The notes under the pieces: model-generated
Told to the model about the DNA's origin: nothing
What the model saw: only the letters and a program-made list of their open reading frames with translations
The model's database searches: none
Assembly (NCBI GenBank): GCA_964589745.1
Contig: CAZPUO010000001.1
Span: 1-42,214 of the forward strand
DNA from: an uncultured Methanotrichaceae archaeon
GTDB lineage: Archaea; Halobacteriota; Methanosarcinia; Methanotrichales; Methanotrichaceae
Direction: 5' to 3'
Length of the DNA stretch: 42,214 nucleotides
Translations under genes and position numbers: made by a program
Shown here: in pieces, positions 27,213-37,080 of the stretch
Layout: the number at the start of each line of letters is the position of its first letter
Position numbering within the stretch: position 1 is the first letter of the stretch

Positions 27213-28265
27213 TCAAGCGATCTCGCTGTAAACCGATTCGATTTTATCCAGGACTCTCTCCCAGGAGTACTTCTCCTCCACAGCCCGCCTTCCTCGCCTT
27301 CCCAGAGACATCCTCAGGAGTTCATTCTCATGAAGCTCCAGGATGCTGTCTACCAGATCTTCCTTGCTGGAGAAGACCCTGCCGCCTTCCATGGCCACCT
27401 CATTCACACCCGGAGTATCAAAGGCCAGCACCGGCGTCTCACAGGCCATGGCTTCCAGAAGAACGATACCGAAGGCTTCCAGGCGGTTGCTTGTGGGGAG
27501 TACGAGCATTTCTGCGCGGGAGAGTGTATCGATGAGCCTCTTTCGCTCCAGCCTTCCTGTGAACACGGCCCTGACCTTCATCCTGGCTGCCTGTTCTTCC
27601 AGACTTTTCCTGTCATAGCCATCGCCTACCAGCACCAGCCTGAGGTCGGCTCTCTTCTGCACTTCGCTCATGGCTGAGAGCAGAGATTCGACTCCCTTGT
27701 AGTTCAGCAGCCTGCCCACGTACAGCACGTAATTCTCCTTTCCAATCCCTCGCGGATAAGCGGAAACGTCCACAGCGTTGGGCACGATCTTTATCTTGTG
27801 CAGGTAGTTCCTGAGGACCGGGGATGTCTCAGCATAGCTCTTGGTTGTGGCTACCACTATCTCTGCCTCATCCAGAACAGGCTGAACCAGTTTTCTGTTC
27901 AGCCATTCCAGAGAGTTTCCGAACCAGCGGGGAAAGCTGCAGCCGTTCAGCCTTCCTGGAACCACCACATCGTTGTGATAAGTCACCACGTGGGGGGAGG
28001 CTTTTCTGAGCATGAAGGCGAATAGAGGGCTGGGGATGTGGCTGTGATATATATCGGCTTCCAGCCAGATACCCTTCAGCGGCAGAGGAGCGTAAAAGAG
28101 GTCGATGCTGGGGATGCGGATGAACTCATTCTTGAATCTTCCGCAGGATGAAGCCACGCTGACCTGGTGGCCTCGTTTCGTCAGGCCGTCGGCGAGTTCT
28201 TTTACATGATACTCAACCCCGCCAAGATGAGGAGGAAAGTAGGGAGATATCTGGAGGATCTTCAT
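27213..28265 (-). CDS. glycosyltransferase family 4
   Basis: FPPHLGGVE, YVGRL..YKG, EAFGIVLLEAMA. Confidence 0.93.
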   Translation of the reverse strand: MKILQISPYFPPHLGGVEYHVKELADGLTKRGHQVSVASSCGRFKNEFIRIPSIDLFYAPLPLKGIWLEADIYHSHIPSPLFAFMLRKASPHVVTYHNDVVVPGRLNGCSFPRWFGNSLEWLNRKLVQPVLDEAEIVVATTKSYAETSPVLRNYLHKIKIVPNAVDVSAYPRGIGKENYVLYVGRLLNYKGVESLLSAMSEVQKRADLRLVLVGDGYDRKSLEEQAARMKVRAVFTGRLERKRLIDTLSRAEMLVLPTSNRLEAFGIVLLEAMACETPVLAFDTPGVNEVAMEGGRVFSSKEDLVDSILELHENELLRMSLGRRGRRAVEEKYSWERVLDKIESVYSEIA

Positions 28266-28542
28266 GATCGGATAAAGATTTTGTACCTCAACAGACTTAA
28301 ATTTAATCCTTTTTTATCCTTTCAGCCGGAGCAAAATCCTGCAACTTATCGAATATTATTAATATTAGCAAAATTATTCAAAAAATAATAACAGTTAACG
28401 GCTGGTGTCGGCCAACGGCTGACAAAAGATGGAAGTCTCGTGGGAGGGGATACTTAATGAAGGACAAACTAGGAATGATACGGACAGGAATAGTGCAGAC
28501 AAGGAATAGTGCAAACGGAAATTGAAGGTCTATCTCGGAGGC

Positions 28543-28908
28543 ATGAGTCTGAGCAGGAAATTCAGCGATTTAAAACCAGACGATCTGGCCAAGCTGCCCG
28601 GCCTGGCTGGAGATCACTTTTGCATCGGGGAAGAGCGAATTTACATGCATCTTTCGAACGAAAAGAAGATGCATTGGTATCTGGCAGAGTACGGGCCGAT
28701 AGGCAAGAGGTTCTTCGGATTTTACGAGGACAGATCGAACGGAATATCCTCAGGATTTTGCAGCCTTGAAGATCTGCTGAAATTAAGCAAAAAGGGAGGT
28801 CCTTGGGAGCCCATGGTTGACGAGAACTGGAAACCGTTACCCGCCAAGGAGATCCCTTCTTTGCAAGGATACATAAAAATGATGATCTGCCCGCCGGACA
28901 TTATGTAG
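28543..28908 (+). CDS. hypothetical protein, DUF2958-like
   Basis: WYLAEY...FFGF...SGFCSLEDL...DENWKP resembles the DUF2958 pattern from memory; ATG 28543 after GGAGG (ORF open from 28522). Confidence 0.6.
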   Translation: MSLSRKFSDLKPDDLAKLPGLAGDHFCIGEERIYMHLSNEKKMHWYLAEYGPIGKRFFGFYEDRSNGISSGFCSLEDLLKLSKKGGPWEPMVDENWKPLPAKEIPSLQGYIKMMICPPDIM

Positions 28909-29221
28909 TTGAACATAAAACTATTTCAATAATGATGTGCTTAACTTTTTTGTTAGAAGGCTTTTTTCCAATGGAGAATTAGGAGAATTGTATGCAAATT
29001 TTCTGACTTGATGCAGCGTCGTTATCTTTCAGTATATTCTTAATTATAAATTATATTAATAATGTTATTTACACAATTACCAAGCGCTTGACTGCTCAAT
29101 ATTCCAAAAATTTTAAATATGTTGTAGGTATACCAATCTACATAAACTATGAAGCTCCGAGGAAATTTATGATATAGGCGGATTGAGTTTTGGAGCAAAT
29201 AGCGGGAATAGAGGCAAAAGC

Positions 29222-29485
29222 ATGAGGTCGAATATCAAGACAAAAAACAGAGAAAGGTTATCCGTTATCTCCCCACAGAATGCGAAGCCTTCAAAGAAGA
29301 ATTCTGATGCTTTGGAGCAAGAAGCAGGCGATGCATATGGCCCGGCTGACATGTTATTGAAGTTCGAGGTGAATGAAAAGGGCGTGGGGCGAATTCTCCT
29401 GCCTCCAAGTCTATCCGCACTGCTGCAGTCGGACCGAATATCCATTTCGCCCTTCGCGGGCGGGCTGTTCATCCGGTCGGTTTAG
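29222..29485 (+). CDS. small hypothetical protein with possible AbrB/SpoVT-like C-terminal domain
   Basis: Basic, low-complexity N-terminus then FEVNEKGVGRILLPPSLSALLQSDRISISPFAGGLFIRSV; preceded by an AT-rich region. Confidence 0.5.
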   Translation: MRSNIKTKNRERLSVISPQNAKPSKKNSDALEQEAGDAYGPADMLLKFEVNEKGVGRILLPPSLSALLQSDRISISPFAGGLFIRSV

Positions 29486-29592
29486 GCCTCTTTATTTATC
29501 GAGGGGATAGAGCGGAATGATGCGGAGGCTGTCCCCTGTAGCGAAAGATAATAATCGCAAGCAGAAGACCTGCGTGCCATTTAGATCGAGTT

Positions 29593-29700
29593 CTTCCGTT
29601 CCAGGAAGGGTTTTCCAGATCACCGCGATTGGGGGCGCCTTCTGGTGGATGGGGAGCCGAGGCCACGCGATCCTTGGTTTTGGGGAAATTGATCTTGAAG
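29593..29700 (-). CRISPR. two cryptic, highly degenerate repeat-like units in register with the array trailer
   Basis: 29593-29629 matches the consensus at 23/37; 29664-29700 at 13/37; gaps of 34 and 36 nt match spacer size. Confidence 0.6.
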
Positions 29701-29736
29701 AAAAGTAGCGATGTAGGATGCGCAGGCTTGCACTTA

Positions 29737-32192
29737 GTCTCAATCCCTGTCGGGTTTTCAAGTTCACTGCAGCAGACGCGCGACGAAAAATCCAAAAGAG
29801 ATGTATATGTTTCAATCCCTGTCGGGTTTTCTAGTTCGCTGCAACCGCATGATAATTTTGTCAATGCCCTGGCCAACATTCGGTTTCAATCCCTGTCGGG
29901 TTTTCTAGTTCGCTGCAACTCCGATTTCACAAATTTATTCAGCTCAGATCAAGCTTAAGTTTCAATCCCTGTCGGGTTTTCTAGTTCGCTGCAACGTCTT
30001 CCCGCCTGAACAGATAGGCTCTGAAATCCCCAGTTTCAATCCCTGTCGGGTTTTCTAGTTCGCTGCAACAATCGTATAAGCCAGGACATTGCTCGCCGAA
30101 CCGACATTGTTTCAATCCCTGTCGGGTTTTCTAGTTCGCTGCAACGCCAAAAAGACATCCCGGACCACGCCAGAAAATTCAGTTTCAATCCCTGTCGGGT
30201 TTTCTAGTTCGCTGCAACGTCGCCCTTCATGCTGAGATCCCGGACGTAATCCGTGTTTCAATCCCTGTCGGGTTTTCTAGTTCGCTGCAACCTCTGTTGC
30301 TCGTCAAGGGCTATGTGGATGACATAGGGTTTCAATCCCTGTCGGGTTTTCTAGTTCGCTGCAACACAAGGATAGCGGCGATAAATTCCGGCCTGCCAAG
30401 TTTCAATCCCTGTCGGGTTTTCTAGTTCGCTGCAACAATCGAGATACTGCCCAGGTTGTACCACGTCCCTGTGTTTCAATCCCTGTCGGGTTTTCTAGTT
30501 CGCTGCAACGACATAAAGCTCCGGTACAATGCAGACTCAATTCTGTTTCAATCCCTGTCGGGTTTTCTAGTTCGCTGCAACTTATAATAGCAATGCGCTT
30601 ACCGTTGGCGCCTTTGTAGTTTCAATCCCTGTCGGGTTTTCTAGTTCGCTGCAACAGAAACGAGCTCGTAACCCTGGATGTCTCAGACATTGTTTCAATC
30701 CCTGTCGGGTTTTCTAGTTCGCTGCAACCCAATGCTCCAGTCAGAGAGGCCTCGACTGTCTCAAAGTTTCAATCCCTGTCGGGTTTTCTAGTTCGCTGCA
30801 ACCACAAGGAGTTGAATCATATGGCAGGAAAGCAACTGTTTCAATCCCTGTCGGGTTTTCTAGTTCGCTGCAACTACCTGCAGGGCATTCGATGCTTTTA
30901 CAAGGGGGATGTTTCAATCCCTGTCGGGTTTTCTAGTTCGCTGCAACTCTCGGCGGTGGAACGGCTGCTATGAGTGCTCTACAGTTTCAATCCCTGTCGG
31001 GTTTTCTAGTTCGCTGCAACTCCTGAAGACAGCACGGGATCAAGGTGGAAAGTCTACGTTTCAATCCCTGTCGGGTTTTCTAGTTCGCTGCAACTTGTAT
31101 TTGTGAGATCCCAGGATGAAGGAGGGCATTAGTTTCAATCCCTGTCGGGTTTTCTAGTTCGCTGCAACCCTATACCTATCTTCATATCGGCCCTCTTGGC
31201 CTAGTTTCAATCCCTGTCGGGTTTTCTAGTTCGCTGCAACATATCCGCAATTTCCTATGCCCTGCAGCCAACGACCGAGTTTCAATCCCTGTCGGGTTTT
31301 CTAGTTCGCTGCAACTTCACGAATGTGGGGGTCACGCTAGATGCGAATGTGTTTCAATCCCTGTCGGGTTTTCTAGTTCGCTGCAACACGCCGGACTCGA
31401 CCAGGCCAAGGAAGCAGACGTCAAGTTTCAATCCCTGTCGGGTTTTCTAGTTCGCTGCAACTCGATCCTCCTGGCGTGGCTATTATGTGGTCCAGGATGT
31501 TTCAATCCCTGTCGGGTTTTCTAGTTCGCTGCAACTGTCGAGCAGAACAATGGCGCGCTGTCGGCATCTTCGGTTTCAATCCCTGTCGGGTTTTCTAGTT
31601 CGCTGCAACGGCCCACGTTCTCAGCCTCAAGCTTGATCCTCACCAGTTTCAATCCCTGTCGGGTTTTCTAGTTCGCTGCAACCTAAAACCTGTTCTCGCG
31701 CCCGGAATCCAGATATATGGTTTCAATCCCTGTCGGGTTTTCTAGTTCGCTGCAACCCAGTTCCAAACTCTAAGCCTTTGTTTGCTGTCAGGTTGTTTCA
31801 ATCCCTGTCGGGTTTTCTAGTTCGCTGCAACTCAATGATCATGTTCGCCACGCCTGCTGTGCAGTAGTGTTTCAATCCCTGTCGGGTTTTCTAGTTCGCT
31901 GCAACTCTCGACTGGGGGATCGCTCCGGAACATATGAATAGTTTCAATCCCTGTCGGGTTTTCTAGTTCGCTGCAACCTCACTTTCACTGTGGACGAGGA
32001 TGTAACAGAGAGGTTTCAATCCCTGTCGGGTTTTCTAGTTCGCTGCAACGGCCACCTGCAAGCCTTCGTTCTTCTTCAGTATCATAGTTTCAATCCCTGT
32101 CGGGTTTTCTAGTTCGCTGCAACAATGAGAGAGATGCACAAGAACTCCAACGAAAGTTTCAATCCCTGTCGGGTTTTCTAGTTCGCTGCAAC
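29737..32192 (-). CRISPR. CRISPR array: 34 repeats of 37 bp, 33 spacers of 32-39 nt
   Basis: Repeat on + is GTTTCAATCCCTGTCGGGTTTTCTAGTTCGCTGCAAC (transcribed GTTGCAGCGAACTAGAAAACCCGACAGGGATTGAAAC). Orientation from the ATTGAAAC 3' end, the 4-mismatch terminal repeat at 29737 and the leader next to cas2. Confidence 0.99.
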
Positions 32193-32303
32193 GGCACCCC
32201 TGTAAGGGCCTTTTTAGGCTATAACCCTTTCTAAAAGCCGGAAAATCAGACCTCTCGGAGCGGACCTCTTCCGTACCAAGCCTTAATAAAGATCCATGAA
32301 AAC
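32193..32303 (-). promoter_or_regulatory. CRISPR leader
   Basis: 111-bp non-coding gap between the cas2 stop and first repeat; BRE/TATA-like GAAAGGGTTATAG on the minus strand; AGAGGTC occurs twice. Confidence 0.8.
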
Positions 32304-32570
32304 CTAAATGACGTTCGATTTCTTCTCAGGAGTCTTCTCCCCAAGATCGGTGATGGCACCCACACAGCGCTCGCAAAGCTCGTAGATTCTTACCTTATCT
32401 CCAGCTTCAATCTCCGCCTTTATCTCATCTTGCATCTGCAAGCGTTGAACGTCGCTGATCTCCAGCTCGAAGACACTGTACTGCTTCCATGCGCCGTAGC
32501 TCTCCAGGATCTTGAAGACGCGAGTGCGGGTACGATTATCACTAATATCGTAAGTTACTGCCAGCCTCAT
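32304..32570 (-). CDS. cas2: CRISPR-associated endonuclease Cas2
   Basis: VTYDISD..R, YGAWKQYSVFE, DKVRIY; ATGA overlap with cas1. Confidence 0.97.
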   Translation of the reverse strand: MRLAVTYDISDNRTRTRVFKILESYGAWKQYSVFELEISDVQRLQMQDEIKAEIEAGDKVRIYELCERCVGAITDLGEKTPEKKSNVI

Positions 32571-33559
32571 CTTCGGAACTCCAGTGGATGATACTCCTTC
32601 ATCTCCCCTGTGATGGCTTTGCGAAGCAAAATGGCCTGCATCCTGACCGCTTTGCGCCGCGAGACGGTGTACCCGAAGTGAGGGTGCTCAAACTCTTCCT
32701 TCATGTAGTCGTCGAACTTCTCCAGGTAGGTCTTGAAGGCGTAGTCCTTGAGGTGGTTGTCGGCCTGGAAGTCCTCGTGCTTCAGCATGGCCTTGTTGAT
32801 GAGCCGCAGGGCAAAGGCGTCGCAGAAGATAGGCCGGAACTCCTCCAGCAGATCGAGCGCGAGCGCGGGCCGCCCGTGCCTGTCCGCGTGCAGGATGCCC
32901 AGGAAAGGATCGAGATTGTACTGGCGGAGGGCGCTAAGGACCTCATTCTTCATCATGGTGTAGGTAAGCGAGAGCAGGGCGTTGACGTGGTCCTCCGGTG
33001 GCCGCCTGGTACGGCGCTCGAAAGTCCAGCCACTGGCAAGGCAGCCATTGAGCAGGCCAAAGTAGATCTCCGCCGCCTCGCCCTCGATGCCCCGCAGCCC
33101 ATCCAGGTCGCGGGCTTTGGCGGTCTCCTCCTCCAGTGCCGCCAGCTTTCCTGTGTCGCTCACGTCCTTGCGGTTGAGGAGGGTGCGCGAGTTCCTGATC
33201 TTGCCCCGGATGATCTCTTTTGCGATCTTCAGGCCCTCTTTCTCCGAGAGGGCGTACTGGCAGCGGCGCACTTCGGCAATGGTGTTGTGCTCCGGCACGA
33301 AGCTTCCCCGGTAGCGCCCGTTCTGGGTAAAGTAGTTCAGCACTATGCCGTGCTCATTGGCTTGGGCCACGAAGGGCGTGGTGAAGTTGATGTTCCCGAA
33401 GATGTTGATGGTGTCCACCTGGCCCATGGGAAAGGAGGCGATCTCCCCTTCGCCTTTCATGTAGATCGTGATGCGGCCACCGTCCACGCCCACCTGGGAG
33501 CCCTGCTTGGTGACGTAAACTACACTGTCGTCGAAGATGCCTTCGCTCTCTTTGCTCAT
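32567..33559 (-). CDS. cas1: CRISPR-associated integrase Cas1
   Basis: LRGIEGEAAEIYF, RRPPEDHVNALLS, DPFLGILH, LALDLLEEFRP. Confidence 0.97.
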   Translation of the reverse strand: MSKESEGIFDDSVVYVTKQGSQVGVDGGRITIYMKGEGEIASFPMGQVDTINIFGNINFTTPFVAQANEHGIVLNYFTQNGRYRGSFVPEHNTIAEVRRCQYALSEKEGLKIAKEIIRGKIRNSRTLLNRKDVSDTGKLAALEEETAKARDLDGLRGIEGEAAEIYFGLLNGCLASGWTFERRTRRPPEDHVNALLSLTYTMMKNEVLSALRQYNLDPFLGILHADRHGRPALALDLLEEFRPIFCDAFALRLINKAMLKHEDFQADNHLKDYAFKTYLEKFDDYMKEEFEHPHFGYTVSRRKAVRMQAILLRKAITGEMKEYHPLEFRR

Positions 33560-33593
33560 GCTTCTCCCTCCTCTCTTCTATTCATCAGGAGCA

Positions 33594-34322
33594 TCACTTT
33601 TTGGCGGCAATCATGTAAACCAGATCCATGTACTTGCCTGCCCCATTCTCCATGGCCTTTCGGTCGCCGACGGCATACTCATTGTCGCACTGCAGCCAGT
33701 CGTTCCAGCATTCTGAATAGCATTCCAGCTCCCCCACAGCCTGAAGCTCCATCTGCTGCGACTTCGACAGGATATTCCTCCACCATTCGGGACTGTGCAG
33801 GGTCTCAATGGCTTCTGCATTCCATGATAGGAGCATCTCAGGAGGGATGTTATCATGGATATCTTTTACCAGGCCAGGCACTGCAATTGCCAGCTTGCCA
33901 CCCTTCTTCAGTAGCGGCGCCATTTTTTCATCAGCAAAGCCCTCATCTCTGCCGAAGTAGTGGTAGGCATCGATGCTTATGATGGCGTCAAAATATTCAT
34001 TTGCATAGGGAAGATCTGCCACATCAACATGGATCGGAATGATCCTATTCTCCAAGCCAGCCTCTTTAAAGCGGGCAAAGTTTTCAGTTGCAGTAATCCA
34101 CAGGTCAGTGGCAAACACCTGCACGCCAAACTCTCTGGCGAGAAAAATTGAGGTAAGTCCCCTGCCACAGCCCAGATCCAAAACCCGCATATCCGGTTTC
34201 AGCTCCAGCATCCACGGCAGCTGCATCAATTCCTCCAGAATCTTTATGGCATTGGGTCCCATCATATTGTCCAAAAGAAACCGTCTGTCGTAAGTCTGAG
34301 ATTTTGTATATTTACATTCCAT
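33594..34322 (-). CDS. class I SAM-dependent methyltransferase inserted between cas4 and cas1
   Basis: Motif I VLDLGCGRG, ATDLW, DLPYANEYFDAIIS, LKKGG; AAGGAG RBS. Confidence 0.92.
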   Translation of the reverse strand: MECKYTKSQTYDRRFLLDNMMGPNAIKILEELMQLPWMLELKPDMRVLDLGCGRGLTSIFLAREFGVQVFATDLWITATENFARFKEAGLENRIIPIHVDVADLPYANEYFDAIISIDAYHYFGRDEGFADEKMAPLLKKGGKLAIAVPGLVKDIHDNIPPEMLLSWNAEAIETLHSPEWWRNILSKSQQMELQAVGELECYSECWNDWLQCDNEYAVGDRKAMENGAGKYMDLVYMIAAKK

Positions 34323-34364
34323 TGCTAATGCTCCTTGTCTGTCAATTTGATATTTGCCCGCTAT

Positions 34365-34970
34365 TTATTCCTTGCCGCCATGCTCCATTCTTGCACTCTC
34401 TTCTTGCAGCATTCTCGTCTCTTCGGGCAGGCAGTAAGCTGCTGTGCTGCACTTCTTGCACTTTTTGGGGTTATCGGCAAAGTCTGGGATCTTGTCCAGG
34501 CTCATATTGCGGATGGCCTCCACCACTTGCAGAACTTTGTTTCTGTGCCAGTCAGTAATAGTAATAGCATAGCGCTCGTTGGTGCCGAAGAGGTAGAGGT
34601 AGCCCATGCGCACCGGCTCGCCCAGGTAGTCCTCCAGGAGCATGCAGTAGGCGGCGAGCTGGACCTCGTCGTTGTCGTGATAAGAAGAGCCGCGCTTGCG
34701 TTCGATTGGAATCATAACAATGCCGGAGCTCCGGATGTTTTTGGTCTCCACTACGTCTATCTTTCCGTGAATGCAAAGCTTCTCTGATTTTATATATAGT
34801 TCCTTGATCCAGCCGCCTCTTCTCGACATGTTGGCATGTTTTATGAGGCCATCTTTCAGGTAACGATTCATCTCAATGGTATCAAAATAATTAATGTAAT
34901 AAAATCTTCTTGGACAATAAAGGTATTGATTTATAAAGCCAATATTAACAAATTCGTCTCCTTCGCTCAT
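34365..34970 (-). CDS. cas4: CRISPR-associated Cas4
   Basis: YLYCPRR, GKIDVVE, PIERKRG, QLAAY, CKKCSTAAYC Fe-S ligands; start MSEG at 34970 after GGGAGGAG. Confidence 0.96.
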   Translation of the reverse strand: MSEGDEFVNIGFINQYLYCPRRFYYINYFDTIEMNRYLKDGLIKHANMSRRGGWIKELYIKSEKLCIHGKIDVVETKNIRSSGIVMIPIERKRGSSYHDNDEVQLAAYCMLLEDYLGEPVRMGYLYLFGTNERYAITITDWHRNKVLQVVEAIRNMSLDKIPDFADNPKKCKKCSTAAYCLPEETRMLQEESARMEHGGKE

Positions 34971-37080
34971 ACTCCTCCCTGAGGATGCAGTCGATATAAA
35001 GTGCCTCATGCCCAAAGGCAACGCTCTTACCGCCCTTATAAGAATAGAGATAGAATAAGTCTCCTAAGTTGAACTTGGCCTTGAGATAATAGCTATCATG
35101 ATCAATAAGCCTTGCAAAGATCTCATAATCGATGAGAGTTTGGTTTAAGCTGGATAACGAAGGAATATCGGGCTTAGTTTCCACTTTGAAGCCATTCACT
35201 TTGCGCGGTTTCCTTGCATGTTCTACAGCGCCAATCATCAGCATGTTTTGATTTGGGTAATCTCCATAAATCTTCACCTTACGGGCTTCGTCTTCAATCG
35301 TTCCATTATACCAGCAAAAACCTGCGGCAAACCTCTTCAGGGACTCGTATCGTGGTTTTATATTTAGCTCATAATTAGAGCCGAATTCCTCTCGAAGCCT
35401 CAAAGCAAATTCTCGAGAAGACATAAACTCTACATCACCACGCCTCAAAAGATACATCAAGTCATAGAGTTTTAGATTGGTCTCCTTTTTGTCAAAAATC
35501 AATGCCTGTAAACGATTTCCACGGTAACTGAGGAGACCATCTCTTAATTCCTCAGACTCCACTATTAGATTATCTAACATCGGGCCGTCTATTTCACGGT
35601 CCAAGAAATGCTTCCTAATAAGTGTCAGCGTCCTTTCGAATTCTTCAACTTGGATCTCTTCTGGCATCCCCTTTGTATGATGCTCCTCTCCTAGGGAGTC
35701 TCTCCATACGTATCCTTTTATTCTAGATGTTAAATATAAGTATGCTTCAAAGGGCGAATATATCTCGGAATAGGCTGATAAGTCTAATTTAGAAGCCATC
35801 ACCTTCTCAATATGCTGCACTAGCATCTCCCGCGCCATCACCTTGCTCTGCCCTCTTAGATGATCATAAACGACCTCTGGAACAAAACATACAGCTTCGC
35901 AGATCTCTTCAGAAGGCTTATTTCTCAAACGCCCTATTCTCTGTAGCAATTGGCTCTTCGAGTACCCCGAGAAGACCAGCCTGTCCACTCTAAAGTCGAT
36001 GCCGACTTCCACAGAAGAGTTGGAGACCAAAACATCGAAGTTCTTGAGCTTCTCAGGTGTAGCTCGATGAAGCCCATCTACGCGCTCGATCCTGAAATTA
36101 TCCTTCATGGATTCAGAAAGGGCGTTGAAGATCTCTTCTACTTCATAAATCCCGTCCAGAATGAACACGGTCTTGGCCCTCATTTCATTTGGGCCAGGCT
36201 TTTTACACAGTTCCACAAAATAATTCAGATCTTCCTTTATCAACTCGTAGGTTCTATAGATTGAACCTTTTCTAATTTCTAGCCTTAGCTTAGGCAACAC
36301 TGCATGACCTGATGGATAAAGTGACAGAGGCTTGCTCTCGTCCTCTAACACGATTACATTCAGACCAACCATTTTTGCCCTCTCAACTATTTGGTTGTTG
36401 GGAGTGGCACTAAGAAATGTAAATTTCGAAAGTCTGCTTCTCTTATCATCATTTATCTCATGCATCATGAAGAGGAGCATGTCACTCTGCTTGACTGATG
36501 CTAGGTGGAATTCATCCACTACAATCATATCTACGCTTCTCACGGACTCACGAATATTATGATCATAGTATGCGTCTTTTAGCGCCAGAGTGAGAATGTC
36601 CGGATTCGTGAGGAGAATCAGACCCCTGCCTCTGCCCTTGCGAATGACTCTGTTCAGAAGCTGGCCCTTATTGAGGCCGGTTTTTTCATGGGGGTAAAGC
36701 TTCTTCTCCTCGACTAGGAGATCACTCGTTATGGCCTGAACATGGTAATCCTCTGGGTTATAATTGAAATCTTTTATTGTCTTTTTAACTTGTTCTTCCT
36801 GATCTATCACTAGGGCATTGGTCGGATAGACTGCTATAACTTTCATTTTTTCGTCCAATGCAGGCTTGAGCCAAGAAATAGTCTTTCCTGAGCCTGTTGG
36901 GCTATGGTTGAAAAGAAAGAAAGATTCGTTGCCCTTGATCAATCTCTCGCTCTCCACCTGGTGCTTAAAGGGCTTGCGAGTCCTAAGGTATTTTTCGTCG
37001 ACTTGTTCAAGTCGCAGTCCGTCTAGGTCTATAAAGAACGGCTCATTCTGTGCCAATGGTAGCTCTACCAATGGGCTCAT
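34945..37080 (-). CDS. cas3: type I-D Cas3' helicase (no HD domain)
   Basis: SPTGSGKT, YPTNAL, VDEFH, LSATP, VEVGIDF, QRIGR. Confidence 0.94.
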   Translation of the reverse strand: MSPLVELPLAQNEPFFIDLDGLRLEQVDEKYLRTRKPFKHQVESERLIKGNESFFLFNHSPTGSGKTISWLKPALDEKMKVIAVYPTNALVIDQEEQVKKTIKDFNYNPEDYHVQAITSDLLVEEKKLYPHEKTGLNKGQLLNRVIRKGRGRGLILLTNPDILTLALKDAYYDHNIRESVRSVDMIVVDEFHLASVKQSDMLLFMMHEINDDKRSRLSKFTFLSATPNNQIVERAKMVGLNVIVLEDESKPLSLYPSGHAVLPKLRLEIRKGSIYRTYELIKEDLNYFVELCKKPGPNEMRAKTVFILDGIYEVEEIFNALSESMKDNFRIERVDGLHRATPEKLKNFDVLVSNSSVEVGIDFRVDRLVFSGYSKSQLLQRIGRLRNKPSEEICEAVCFVPEVVYDHLRGQSKVMAREMLVQHIEKVMASKLDLSAYSEIYSPFEAYLYLTSRIKGYVWRDSLGEEHHTKGMPEEIQVEEFERTLTLIRKHFLDREIDGPMLDNLIVESEELRDGLLSYRGNRLQALIFDKKETNLKLYDLMYLLRRGDVEFMSSREFALRLREEFGSNYELNIKPRYESLKRFAAGFCWYNGTIEDEARKVKIYGDYPNQNMLMIGAVEHARKPRKVNGFKVETKPDIPSLSSLNQTLIDYEIFARLIDHDSYYLKAKFNLGDLFYLYSYKGGKSVAFGHEALYIDCILREEYERRRRIC

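Noticed and set aside
26060-27216. 351-aa alternative-frame ORF and 77-aa N-terminal extension of PurB
   Set aside because: GC-rich frame shadow; PurB homology starts at MAIHP (26985).
29070-29160. Partial similarity (CTACAT/TGTAGG) between the cryptic trailer spacer and the region upstream of the AbrB-like gene
   Set aside because: Only 6-bp matches; too weak to call a regulatory target.
29480-29562. Further possible degenerate CRISPR repeats (e.g. 29526-29562)
   Set aside because: About 14/37 identity and out of register; not distinguishable from chance.
29492-31106. ORFs in or overlapping the CRISPR array and trailer
   Set aside because: Products of repeat-spacer read-through (recurring VSIPVGFSSSLQ and FQSLSGFLVRCN).
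32588-33982. 464-aa + strand ORF
   Set aside because: Antisense mirror of GC-rich cas1 and the methyltransferase; no domain signal.
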